NCBI GenBank assembly: GCA_036574205.1
Contig: JAINCQ010000023.1
Location: 1-16,156 of the forward strand
DNA length: 16,156 nucleotides
Direction: 5' to 3'
DNA from: Elusimicrobiota bacterium
GTDB taxonomy: Bacteria; Elusimicrobiota; Elusimicrobia; Elusimicrobiales; UBA9959
In this document: positions 1-7,884 of the stretch, in pieces
Layout of the letters: every line of letters starts with the position of its first letter
Numbering within the stretch: the stretch's first letter is position 1
Translations under genes and position numbers: made by a program
Notes under the pieces: model-generated
Told to the model about the DNA's origin: nothing
Seen by the model: only the letters and a program-made list of their open reading frames with translations
Databases searched by the model: none

Positions 1-195
1 AGTTGGGAGAAGGGGACTGTAGAGAACACCAATGGACTTATACGGAGATTTTTCCCAAAAAAGACGGATTTTAGTAAAATATCAGAAGAAAGGTTAAAAG
101 AGGTTGAAACCTGGTTAAATGACAGACACAGAAAATGTCTGGGTTTTAAAACACCGGCAGAAGTGTTTAACAGTTTTGTTGCACTTACTCCTTGA
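1..195 (+). CDS. IS30-family transposase, C-terminal fragment (5' end outside window)
   Basis: Frame +1 reads SWEKGTVENTNGLIRRFFPKKTDFSKISEERLKEVETWLNDRHRKCLGFKTPAEVFNSFVALTP* (TGA 193-195). This matches the IS30-family C-terminal pattern W(E/Q)xGxxENxNGLxRxxxPK...LNxRxRKxLGxKTPxE...VAL. Not in the ORF track because no start codon lies in the window. Confidence 0.92.
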   Translation, partial: SWEKGTVENTNGLIRRFFPKKTDFSKISEERLKEVETWLNDRHRKCLGFKTPAEVFNSFVALTP

Positions 196-201
196 ATCCA
201 C
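1..201 (+). mobile_element. Right end of an IS30-family insertion sequence
   Basis: Transposase stop lies inside TGTTGCACTTACTCCTTGAATCCAC (177-201), the GTTGCACTT...TGAATC form I associate with IS30-family right inverted repeats. The exact end (+/-2 nt) cannot be fixed without the left IR. Confidence 0.8.
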
Positions 202-384
202 CTATCTATACATACCTGCCTGCGTGCCTGCCTGAGCGAAGACACTCGCAGTCAGGCGGACACGCACAGGCAGGTTGGACTTTTTATGATTTTTAAATCG
301 TTCATCTAAAAACCAATTTATCGCGTTTTTCAGATTCAATCTGCTGTTTTCAATACCATAGCTATAATCCATAAACACTATCAT
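202..384 (-). CDS. Possible small hypothetical protein or gene remnant (60 aa)
   Basis: ORF track only. No recognisable motif and no clear RBS. The last third is encoded by the 214-275 palindrome and the stop abuts the IS30 end. Confidence 0.15.
   Translation of the reverse strand: MIVFMDYSYGIENSRLNLKNAINWFLDERFKNHKKSNLPVRVRLTASVFAQAGTQAGMYR
214..275. repeat. GC-rich nested palindrome (REP/MITE-like hairpin)
   Basis: Left arm ACCTGCCTG-CGTG-CCTGCCTGA-GCGA (214-239) pairs with 246-275 (reverse complement ACCTGCCTG-tg-CGTG-TCCGCCTGA-ct-GCGA) around loop AGACAC. Far more GC-rich than the surrounding DNA. Confidence 0.8.
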
Positions 385-401
385 TTAAGCTCTATGTCAT
401 C

Positions 402-473
402 TTTTTTCACCCTCACCTTAATCCTCTCCCATTTTTTCACCCTCATCCTTCACCTTCCCCCATCAAGGGGGAA
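402..473. repeat. Two tandem degenerate CACCCTCA...CCC repeats, the second ending in a hairpin (REP-like)
   Basis: TTTTTTCACCCTCA occurs at 402-415 and 432-445. Copy 1 continues CCTTAATCCTCTCCCA. Copy 2 ends in TTCCCCC-ATCAA-GGGGGAA (455-473). Confidence 0.65.
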
Positions 474-479
474 TGGACG

Positions 480-526
480 GTTTGACCTTCCCGGAAGGTA
501 AAACAGTTGTCTGACCGCCCCGGTCA
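480..526. repeat. Two adjacent inverted repeats
   Basis: GTTTGACCTTCC-C-GGAAGGTAAAAC (480-504, 11/12 pairing) and TGACCG-CCC-CGGTCA (512-526, perfect). Confidence 0.6.
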
Positions 527-676
527 ATCCGATATTGGAGATATATCTATTTTTTATTACACACTTTTCAATAGATTTACAAGTATTATTCTACGACTCA
601 AGCAGAATTAAAAATCTGTCCAATATGTTTCTGATATTTTGCGGTTAATGTTAAAAAAAACATATTACCATCAGTC

Positions 677-2065
677 TTAAATTATTAATTTCAAAATATT
701 TATTAATTTTTGTGAAAAAAGTCCCAAAAGTAAAACAGTCAAAGCGCAAAAATATATAATCAGAAGATTATTTTTAGAAATCTTAATCTCTTTCCCATCG
801 TCAGAAGAATCAAAAAAAACAGGAATTAATATTTTAATATAATAATAAAGTGATATAGCGCTTGTTAGAGCAGCTAATATAACCAGCCACTTATACCCTG
901 CATTCAGTGCATTATAAAAAACATAAAATTTTGCAAAAAATCCGCTTAGAGGAGGAACACCCGCTAAAGAAAACATAAATATCGCTAAAGAAAGGGCAAC
1001 CAATGGTTTCTTATAATATAAGGATTTAATATTAGAGTAATCTATATCAGAATAATTCTTCTCAAGTAAATATATAATTGAAAAAACTCCTACTGTTGAA
1101 ATTGTGTATACAATGGCATAGAAATAAGTCTGCCAGCCATCAGAACCTAAGAATGAAATTGAGATATATCCGGCATGAGAAATGCTTGAATAAGCTATTA
1201 TCTTTTTAATGTTCCTTGTAAAAAGTGCAGATATATTAGGAATAATAAGTGTAAATAAAATAAAAGTATACGTAGATAAAGTTAATATTTCATTATTTAT
1301 TGAGTGAAAAACTCTAAATGTAGCGATAATTATACTAAGTTTTACGGCACCAACAATAAATAAAACTACATTAGTTGGTGAAGCAGTATAGATATCCACA
1401 CTCCATGAACTAAATGGAAAAAGAGCAAGTTTAAATATAAATCCAGCAAGAAATAAAATTATTGAAAGAATAATAGCAGAATTTGGAGTATTCAAAAACT
1501 GAAGAGATATTTCATTTAAGTTAAGAGTTTGAGAAAAAAGATACATTAAAAAAAGAGAAATTATCATAAAAATGGATGCAAAAGTTCCTAAAATGAAATA
1601 TTTTATAGATGCCTCTATACTTTCTATTCTTTTATCCAGCGCTATAATCCCATAAAGAGACATTGAAATTAGTTCTAATGATATAAACATATTGAGCATA
1701 TTATTAGTATTTATAAGCAAAACTGAACCTATAGTAATTATGAAAACTAAAAAATAGTATTCTCCAAGTTTTATCCTATCATTCAGCAAATCTCTGGCTG
1801 AAACAATTGAGATTAATATAAGAAAAATTATAAAAGATGAAAAATAATTATTGAACAAATTGGAAAAAAAATCCATATATTTGGAATAGAACATAATATG
1901 AGAAATAAAAATAGCAAGTGAAAGCGATATAAGAAATATAACCATATCTGTTATCTTAATTCTGGATTTATTATGTTTCAACCAGTAAAAAAGAATAAAA
2001 ATTGCAGAAAATGCTAAAAAACTCAGATTCATGAATAAGTTATAATTCATGCTCATAATATTCAT
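677..2065 (-). CDS. nuoN: NADH-quinone oxidoreductase subunit N
   Basis: 462 aa hydrophobic antiporter-like subunit with FISLELIS, EASIKYFILG, GFIFKL, AYSSISHAGY, SLAGVPPLSGFFAKF. Last gene in canonical nuo order; ATGA overlap with nuoM. Confidence 0.93.
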   Translation of the reverse strand: MNIMSMNYNLFMNLSFLAFSAIFILFYWLKHNKSRIKITDMVIFLISLSLAIFISHIMFYSKYMDFFSNLFNNYFSSFIIFLILISIVSARDLLNDRIKLGEYYFLVFIITIGSVLLINTNNMLNMFISLELISMSLYGIIALDKRIESIEASIKYFILGTFASIFMIISLFLMYLFSQTLNLNEISLQFLNTPNSAIILSIILFLAGFIFKLALFPFSSWSVDIYTASPTNVVLFIVGAVKLSIIIATFRVFHSINNEILTLSTYTFILFTLIIPNISALFTRNIKKIIAYSSISHAGYISISFLGSDGWQTYFYAIVYTISTVGVFSIIYLLEKNYSDIDYSNIKSLYYKKPLVALSLAIFMFSLAGVPPLSGFFAKFYVFYNALNAGYKWLVILAALTSAISLYYYIKILIPVFFDSSDDGKEIKISKNNLLIIYFCALTVLLLGLFSQKLINILKLII

Positions 2066-3519
2066 CTATAAACTCCAAGGTTTCTGTAAAAATCTAAAAA
2101 GATATTTATAAAATTTAAAAATGGCTTTGGATATATCCCTATCCAGAATATAAGAATTACTATCCCGCTTAAATATAGCCATTCTATTAAATTTATATCA
2201 AAAATTTTTTTATTTGAATCTTTAATCATTCCAAAAAACATTTTCTCATAAGCTTTAAGCATATACACTGCTCCTAAAACTACACCCAAAAGAGAAAAAA
2301 GGGTTAAAAGAGGATATCTATTAAACGATCCAATAAAAATTATTATCTCGCCTATAAAACCATTTGTTGAAGGAAACGCTATTGAAGATAACATAATTAC
2401 CATAAAAAAAGTTGATAAATATGGAACAACTTTAAATATTCCCCCATAATCATCAATAATTCTTGTATGGGTCCTTTCATACAAAATACCTACAATTAAA
2501 AATAAACCACCAGTCGAAATCCCGTGATTTACCATCTGTAAAATTGCGCCACTTAATGCTTTTGATTCAAATGAAAAAATCCCAAGAACTACCAACCCCA
2601 TATGAGCAATAGAAGAATAAGCAATAAGCTTTTTTATATCCTTCTGAACAAATGCCATTAAAGACGCATATATTATACCTATTACTCCAAATAAAGCTAT
2701 ATATGGTGCATAAAGTTTTGAAAGTTCTGGAAACATTGGTATAAGAAATCTTAAATATCCATATACCCCCATTTTAAGCAAAACCCCGGCAAGCATAACA
2801 CTGCCAGCAGTAGGCGCTTCTACATGTGCATCAGGAAGCCAGGTATGAAACGGAAAAAGAGGAACTTTAACTGAAAAAGCAATTAAAAATGAAAAAAATA
2901 CAAAGAGCTGAGTTTTACCTGTAAGATTATTTTTATAAAAATCTATTATATCAAACGAGTTTATACCTGATTTTTTAAGATTAATATATATAATTATTAT
3001 TCCAACAAGCATGATAAGACTTGCAGACATTGTATATATGAAAAACTTAGTAGTAGCATAAACCCTATTTTTACCTCCCCACATTCCAATTATAAAATAC
3101 ATTGGTATAAGCATGGCTTCCCAGAATAGATAAAAAAGAAAAACATCCTGTGCCATAAAAACACCATTTGTTGCTGAAAGTAAAATTAAAAACCAAATGT
3201 AATATTTTTTAATATCCTTTTTAATATAAGAAAAGGATGATAATAAAGACACAGCCATTGCAAAGTTTGTAAGAAGTATCATTAAAAGTGAAAGAGAATC
3301 AACCCCAACATGATATCTTATATTTAATGCATTTATCCACTCTACATTTTCCTCAAAGTTTATTAAACCAGTTTGGAAATTAAAATACATTAAAACTGAT
3401 ATTATCAAATTAAAAACTGTTACGGAAAAAGACAAATATTTCACAATCGTTGTATTTTTAATGAATATTATTAAAAATGAGGCAAGAACAGGCGTAAACA
3501 AAATCATACTTAATGGCAT
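2062..3519 (-). CDS. nuoM: NADH-quinone oxidoreductase subunit M
   Basis: FYLFWEAMLIPMY, VKVPLFPFHTWLPDAHVEAPTAGS, LLKMGVYG, QMVNHG, GFIGE motifs. Confidence 0.97.
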   Translation of the reverse strand: MPLSMILFTPVLASFLIIFIKNTTIVKYLSFSVTVFNLIISVLMYFNFQTGLINFEENVEWINALNIRYHVGVDSLSLLMILLTNFAMAVSLLSSFSYIKKDIKKYYIWFLILLSATNGVFMAQDVFLFYLFWEAMLIPMYFIIGMWGGKNRVYATTKFFIYTMSASLIMLVGIIIIYINLKKSGINSFDIIDFYKNNLTGKTQLFVFFSFLIAFSVKVPLFPFHTWLPDAHVEAPTAGSVMLAGVLLKMGVYGYLRFLIPMFPELSKLYAPYIALFGVIGIIYASLMAFVQKDIKKLIAYSSIAHMGLVVLGIFSFESKALSGAILQMVNHGISTGGLFLIVGILYERTHTRIIDDYGGIFKVVPYLSTFFMVIMLSSIAFPSTNGFIGEIIIFIGSFNRYPLLTLFSLLGVVLGAVYMLKAYEKMFFGMIKDSNKKIFDINLIEWLYLSGIVILIFWIGIYPKPFLNFINIFLDFYRNLGVYR

Positions 3520-5394
3520 TTAAAAACTCCTCATATAAATATAAATCATTATTAAGACTCCAAATAATATATAGGACGCATAAGACCTTATATTTGAATT
3601 TTCTATGCGTGATGTCATTTCACCAGTTCTATAAAAAAATCTTCCTACTCCTTCAACAATCAATTCATCTATTATCAATCTATCTATAAACTTAAAAATA
3701 AAAGCTGAAAAATTTTTTATAGGATTTATTATTAAAAATTCATATAATTCATCAATATAAAATTTATTAACTACAAGATTATGGATAAAAATAAACTTCT
3801 CTTTAAATTTATTAGCTATATTATCCTGTGTAAAATAAAATCCTGATATCATTCCAAGTATTGAAGCTAGTAATGGAGCAATCTCAATAAATAGTGGAAT
3901 ATCTAGATCAATGTGTTTAAAACTTAAAAAAGATAAAAATGAATTCATAAAATATCCAGCAATAATTGACAAAAACGCAAGAATCAAAAGTGGAATGGTC
4001 ATTATTGAATCAGGATAATGAATATGATGATTTATTTCAGTTTTCCTTATAAAAGCTATATTTAAAAGCCTTGTCATATAAAAAGCAGTTAAAAATGCGC
4101 CAAATATAGCAAAAATCCATATTATCCTGTGTCCGGACAAATAAATTCCTTCTATAATTAAATCCTTACTATAATAGCCACTTAAAAAAGGAAATCCAGT
4201 TATACTAAGCCAGCCAACAATCATAACCAGAAAAATACTCTTTAGTTTATTTTTAAGTATATTTCCCATCTTAAAGATATCCTGCTCTCCACCAAGGCTA
4301 TGGATAACAGCACCAGCAGTTAAAAATAACAAAGCTTTAAAAAATGCATGAGTAACTAAATGAAAAATTCCACTTGCATATATATTGGTTAAAACACCCA
4401 TAAACATATAACCTAACTGACTTATTGTGGAATAGGCAAGAATTTTTTTTATGTCTCTTTGAGCCATAGCTATTAAAGCAGATAAAATTGCAGTAAAGCA
4501 GGCAATGTAAATTATAATATTAGATATTGATGTACTTTGAAATAAAGGATTAAGTCTTGCAAGAAGATAGACCCCGGCTGTTACCATAGTGGCTGCGTGA
4601 ATTAAAGCAGAAACAGGCGTAGGTCCAGCCATAGCATCAGGTAGCCAGACATATAATGGGAACTGAGCAGATTTCCCTGTAGCACCCATAAACAAAAGAA
4701 AAGCTATAAGCGAAATAGCTGAAAAACCGAATATATTAGTATTTTGAAGTATATTTATATTTGAATTTATAGTCTTAAAGCTTAAATCATAAATATTATT
4801 AGAAGAAAATATAAAATTAATAATTATAACCCCGGCTATAAAAAATGCATCGCCAATCCTGTTAGTTATAAATGCTTTTTTAGCCGCTTTAGAATTATTT
4901 ATATTTTCATACCAGAAACCAATCAAAAGATAAGAACATAGCCCTACCCCCTCCCAGCCAACAAACATCAAAATTATATTTTCAGCTAAAACCAAAATAA
5001 GCATAAAGAAAACAAATAAATTAAGATATGAGAAAAACCTTTTAAAGTCTTTATCACCATTCATATAAGATATAGAATAAATATGGATTAGAAAACTTAC
5101 GCCAGTTACAATCAATGCCATAATCATTGAAAGTCTATCTATTAAAAAAACAACAGGAATATTTAATGTTGGGATTGATATCCATTCAAAAAGATTATCA
5201 TAGAAATAATACCCATCAGGAAGCTTATATACTTTTAGAAAAATGAAAAAAGAGACAAGAAAAGATAAACCAACGCCCAAAGAAGCTATAAATGAAGATA
5301 TCTTTTCTTTTATAAATTTTGAAAATAAAAAGTTTATTAAAAACGATATTAGCGGAAAAATTACTATCCATCTAATAATATTAGTTTCAATCAT
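3520..5394 (-). CDS. nuoL: NADH-quinone oxidoreductase subunit L
   Basis: 624 aa; GWEGVGLCSYLLIGFW, NRIGD, GKSAQFPL..WLPDAMAGPTPVSALIHAATMV, THAFFKALLF, SKD motifs and a C-terminal lateral-helix region. Confidence 0.97.
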   Translation of the reverse strand: MIETNIIRWIVIFPLISFLINFLFSKFIKEKISSFIASLGVGLSFLVSFFIFLKVYKLPDGYYFYDNLFEWISIPTLNIPVVFLIDRLSMIMALIVTGVSFLIHIYSISYMNGDKDFKRFFSYLNLFVFFMLILVLAENIILMFVGWEGVGLCSYLLIGFWYENINNSKAAKKAFITNRIGDAFFIAGVIIINFIFSSNNIYDLSFKTINSNINILQNTNIFGFSAISLIAFLLFMGATGKSAQFPLYVWLPDAMAGPTPVSALIHAATMVTAGVYLLARLNPLFQSTSISNIIIYIACFTAILSALIAMAQRDIKKILAYSTISQLGYMFMGVLTNIYASGIFHLVTHAFFKALLFLTAGAVIHSLGGEQDIFKMGNILKNKLKSIFLVMIVGWLSITGFPFLSGYYSKDLIIEGIYLSGHRIIWIFAIFGAFLTAFYMTRLLNIAFIRKTEINHHIHYPDSIMTIPLLILAFLSIIAGYFMNSFLSFLSFKHIDLDIPLFIEIAPLLASILGMISGFYFTQDNIANKFKEKFIFIHNLVVNKFYIDELYEFLIINPIKNFSAFIFKFIDRLIIDELIVEGVGRFFYRTGEMTSRIENSNIRSYASYILFGVLIMIYIYMRSF

Positions 5395-5696
5395 TTATAT
5401 TTATCCTTTATAAATGAAAGTAAATCAATATCAATAGTCTTTAAATTCTTCGATACGAGAATTATAATTGCAAGACCTATGGCAGATTCAGCTGCAATAA
5501 TTGCAAACATAAAAATTATAAAAATATATGACAAGGATGATTCTTTTATAAAACCAATATTTGCTATTGCAATATTCAAAGCATTTAAAATAAGCTCAAT
5601 TGAAATAAGCATCATTATAAGATTTTTAACTCTAAAAAAAAGAAGTAGAGAAAGTGAAAATAGAATAAAAGAAAGTATTAAATACTCATAACTCAT
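5391..5696 (-). CDS. nuoK: NADH-quinone oxidoreductase subunit K
   Basis: 101 aa, three TM segments; SIELILNA and AAESAIGLA carry the two conserved Glu. Confidence 0.95.
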   Translation of the reverse strand: MSYEYLILSFILFSLSLLLFFRVKNLIMMLISIELILNALNIAIANIGFIKESSLSYIFIIFMFAIIAAESAIGLAIIILVSKNLKTIDIDLLSFIKDKYK

Positions 5697-6183
5697 TATC
5701 AGAACTCCTTAAAAGAGAATAAACAATTACGATAGCAACGAATAAAATAAGAGAAATTATTTCTATTTGAACTGGAAAAACTTCAAAAAGCTTTTTACTG
5801 ACTTCCATAAAGCTTATTTTTTTTGAATAATCAAAATGTAAACCTGAAAAGATTTTGTATAAAAGCAAGCCAGAAAGTATAATAAAAATTACAGAGGATA
5901 AAATTCCAGTTATAATAGAAGGTTTGTTAAATTTAATAGTTGTTTTATCTTCTGATATAACATTCATCGCTACCACAAATAATATCATAATTGCGCCAGC
6001 ATATATTATAATTTGAAAAACTCCAAGAAAAACAATTCCCATATGAAAATAAATTAAACCCGTAGTAAAAAATATTAAAAATACAGCAATAAGGTTTTTA
6101 AATAAATCTTTAGAAAAGAAAATATAAATTGTCGAAATTATCGATATTAAAGCAATAATATAAAATAAAACTTTCTCAATCAT
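5686..6183 (-). CDS. nuoJ: NADH-quinone oxidoreductase subunit J
   Basis: 165 aa hydrophobic; QIIIYAGAIMILF motif; lies between nuoI and nuoK. Confidence 0.93.
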   Translation of the reverse strand: MIEKVLFYIIALISIISTIYIFFSKDLFKNLIAVFLIFFTTGLIYFHMGIVFLGVFQIIIYAGAIMILFVVAMNVISEDKTTIKFNKPSIITGILSSVIFIILSGLLLYKIFSGLHFDYSKKISFMEVSKKLFEVFPVQIEIISLILFVAIVIVYSLLRSSDNEL

Positions 6184-6754
6184 ATTTCTTTTTTAATAAG
6201 TACTCATTTGCAAGTCTATTTGCTGCTCCAACTTTAGATATTTTTTCACCTTCAATCTTCATAAACAGTTCATCCTTTGTCAATAAAAGTCCATTTTCTC
6301 TATAATTTTTAAATCTATTATAAGCACCTCCTATAAACTCAGAAGTATCCATAGCTATGGCATCCTCAGGGCATGCCTCGACACAAAGCCCACACATAAC
6401 ACACTTAGAAACATCAATATTAAAAACCTCAGGGTATTTCTCCACATAATTTTCAGTTTCACCCGCTTTTATGTATATACACTTTGCCGGACATATAGTT
6501 GAACACATCATACATGCAACACATTTAGGAGTTCCATCTTCTCTCATTTTAATTCTGTGTCTTGATTTAAGCCCTGCATTTCCTAAAACTGGAACTTTTT
6601 GCTCAGGATATGATATTGTAGGTATATTGGATGGAAAAAATAAATTTTTAAATAAATGATTTAAAGTTACAGTAAAGCCTTTTATTATTTCAAAGATATA
6701 CAAACTTTCAAAAAAACTAAGTGGTTTTGATGATATTTTTTTTGTTTTTATCAT
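6176..6754 (-). CDS. nuoI: NADH-quinone oxidoreductase subunit I (2x[4Fe-4S])
   Basis: TISYPEQK, CVACMMCSTICP and CVMCGLCVEACPEDAI. Start moved from the track's 6826 to ATG 6754 (MIKTKK, 192 aa), which gives an ATGA overlap with the nuoH stop. Confidence 0.95.
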   Translation of the reverse strand: MIKTKKISSKPLSFFESLYIFEIIKGFTVTLNHLFKNLFFPSNIPTISYPEQKVPVLGNAGLKSRHRIKMREDGTPKCVACMMCSTICPAKCIYIKAGETENYVEKYPEVFNIDVSKCVMCGLCVEACPEDAIAMDTSEFIGGAYNRFKNYRENGLLLTKDELFMKIEGEKISKVGAANRLANEYLLKKKYD

Positions 6755-7884
6755 ATAACTTTTTTTATAACAATCGCAGTTATAAGCAGATTTAAAATAC
6801 TTAAAAGTAAAAGATTCTTCCAGCATAATTTCATTATCTGATCAAACCTGAACCTTGGTAATGTCCACCTAATTATAATTATCATTATAGAAAAAAATAT
6901 GGTTTTAATAATAAATGAAGTTAGCTGTAAAAAAACGACTAAGTAATGGTTCAACTCCAGGAAAAATGGACCTAATTTAAAGCCATATTCACTTAAATAA
7001 GGTATATGCCAGCCACCAAAAAAGAATATTGATATAAGCATCGAAAATAAAATTATCTCAATATACTCTGCAAACATGAAAGCGCCAAAACGCATAGATC
7101 CACATTCTATAAAGTAGCCTATTATTTCACTTTCCCCTTCCACAACATCAAATGGTGTTCTTTTAATTTCAGCTAAAACTGCCGTAAAGAATATAATAAA
7201 AGAAACAGGTTGTAAAAATATACCCCATTGTGGTATAAAACCAGCAAACATCTGAGACTGTTTTATTACAATATCCTTTAACCCACCAGCAGAATACACC
7301 ATAATTAAAGGTAACACTGAAAGAACAAGAATGATTTCATAAGATATCATTTGAGCTTGAGCCCTTATTGCTCCTAAAAGCCCCCAGTTGTTTCCAGAGC
7401 AAAACCCTCCTAAAAAAACACCATAGATAGCAATTGAAATTATAGCAACCAATAAAAAGAATGAAAAATCCGAATCTATTATTGCAAGATTTATTCTATA
7501 AGATCCAATATCTAAATAATTCCCAAATGGTATAAAAGCAATAACAAAAAGCACAGGAAAAATACTTATAACAGGCGCAATTGTAAACAAAATCTTTGAC
7601 GCATTTTTTGGGACAAAATCCTCTTTCATTATCATTTTTATGCCATCAGCTATTGGGTGAAAGAGTCCCCATAAAGTAAACTTAAATATATTTGCTCTAT
7701 TGGGCCCAATCCTATCTTGAATCAAAGCGCTTATCTTTCTTTCAGCTATTGTTAAAATCCCTGCAAAGGACATAACAAACCCATAAAAGAAAACAATCTT
7801 TATTAATGTTTCAACTATATAATAAATCTCTTTTCTATAAGTATTAAAGATACCAGCTAAAACAGCATTTAAATAATCAATCAT
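6751..7884 (-). CDS. nuoH: NADH-quinone oxidoreductase subunit H
   Basis: AERKIS..QDRIGPNR, ADGIK, QMISYE, RTPFDVVEGESE, RWTLPRFRFDQ. AGGAG RBS just upstream. Confidence 0.96.
   Translation of the reverse strand: MIDYLNAVLAGIFNTYRKEIYYIVETLIKIVFFYGFVMSFAGILTIAERKISALIQDRIGPNRANIFKFTLWGLFHPIADGIKMIMKEDFVPKNASKILFTIAPVISIFPVLFVIAFIPFGNYLDIGSYRINLAIIDSDFSFFLLVAIISIAIYGVFLGGFCSGNNWGLLGAIRAQAQMISYEIILVLSVLPLIMVYSAGGLKDIVIKQSQMFAGFIPQWGIFLQPVSFIIFFTAVLAEIKRTPFDVVEGESEIIGYFIECGSMRFGAFMFAEYIEIILFSMLISIFFFGGWHIPYLSEYGFKLGPFFLELNHYLVVFLQLTSFIIKTIFFSIMIIIIRWTLPRFRFDQIMKLCWKNLLLLSILNLLITAIVIKKVI

Noticed and set aside
402..473. CRISPR array or integron attC site
   Set aside because: Only two short degenerate copies with no spacer-sized unique sequence, no cas or integrase gene, and no RYYYAAC...GTTRRRY ends.
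601..676. Intrinsic terminator or riboswitch right after nuoN
   Set aside because: Only weak, imperfect AT-rich stems (about 643-669) with no following U-tract on the minus strand and no recognisable aptamer consensus.
6736..6749. Homopolymer tracts as phase-variation sites
   Set aside because: A/T runs of 7-9 nt are frequent throughout this AT-rich sequence and all reading frames are intact.
6755..6826. Cys-containing N-terminal extension of NuoI in the ORF track
   Set aside because: It overlaps nuoH by 76 nt; ATG 6754 gives the ATGA coupling seen throughout the operon. The same reasoning applies to track starts 13576, 12263 and 9341.
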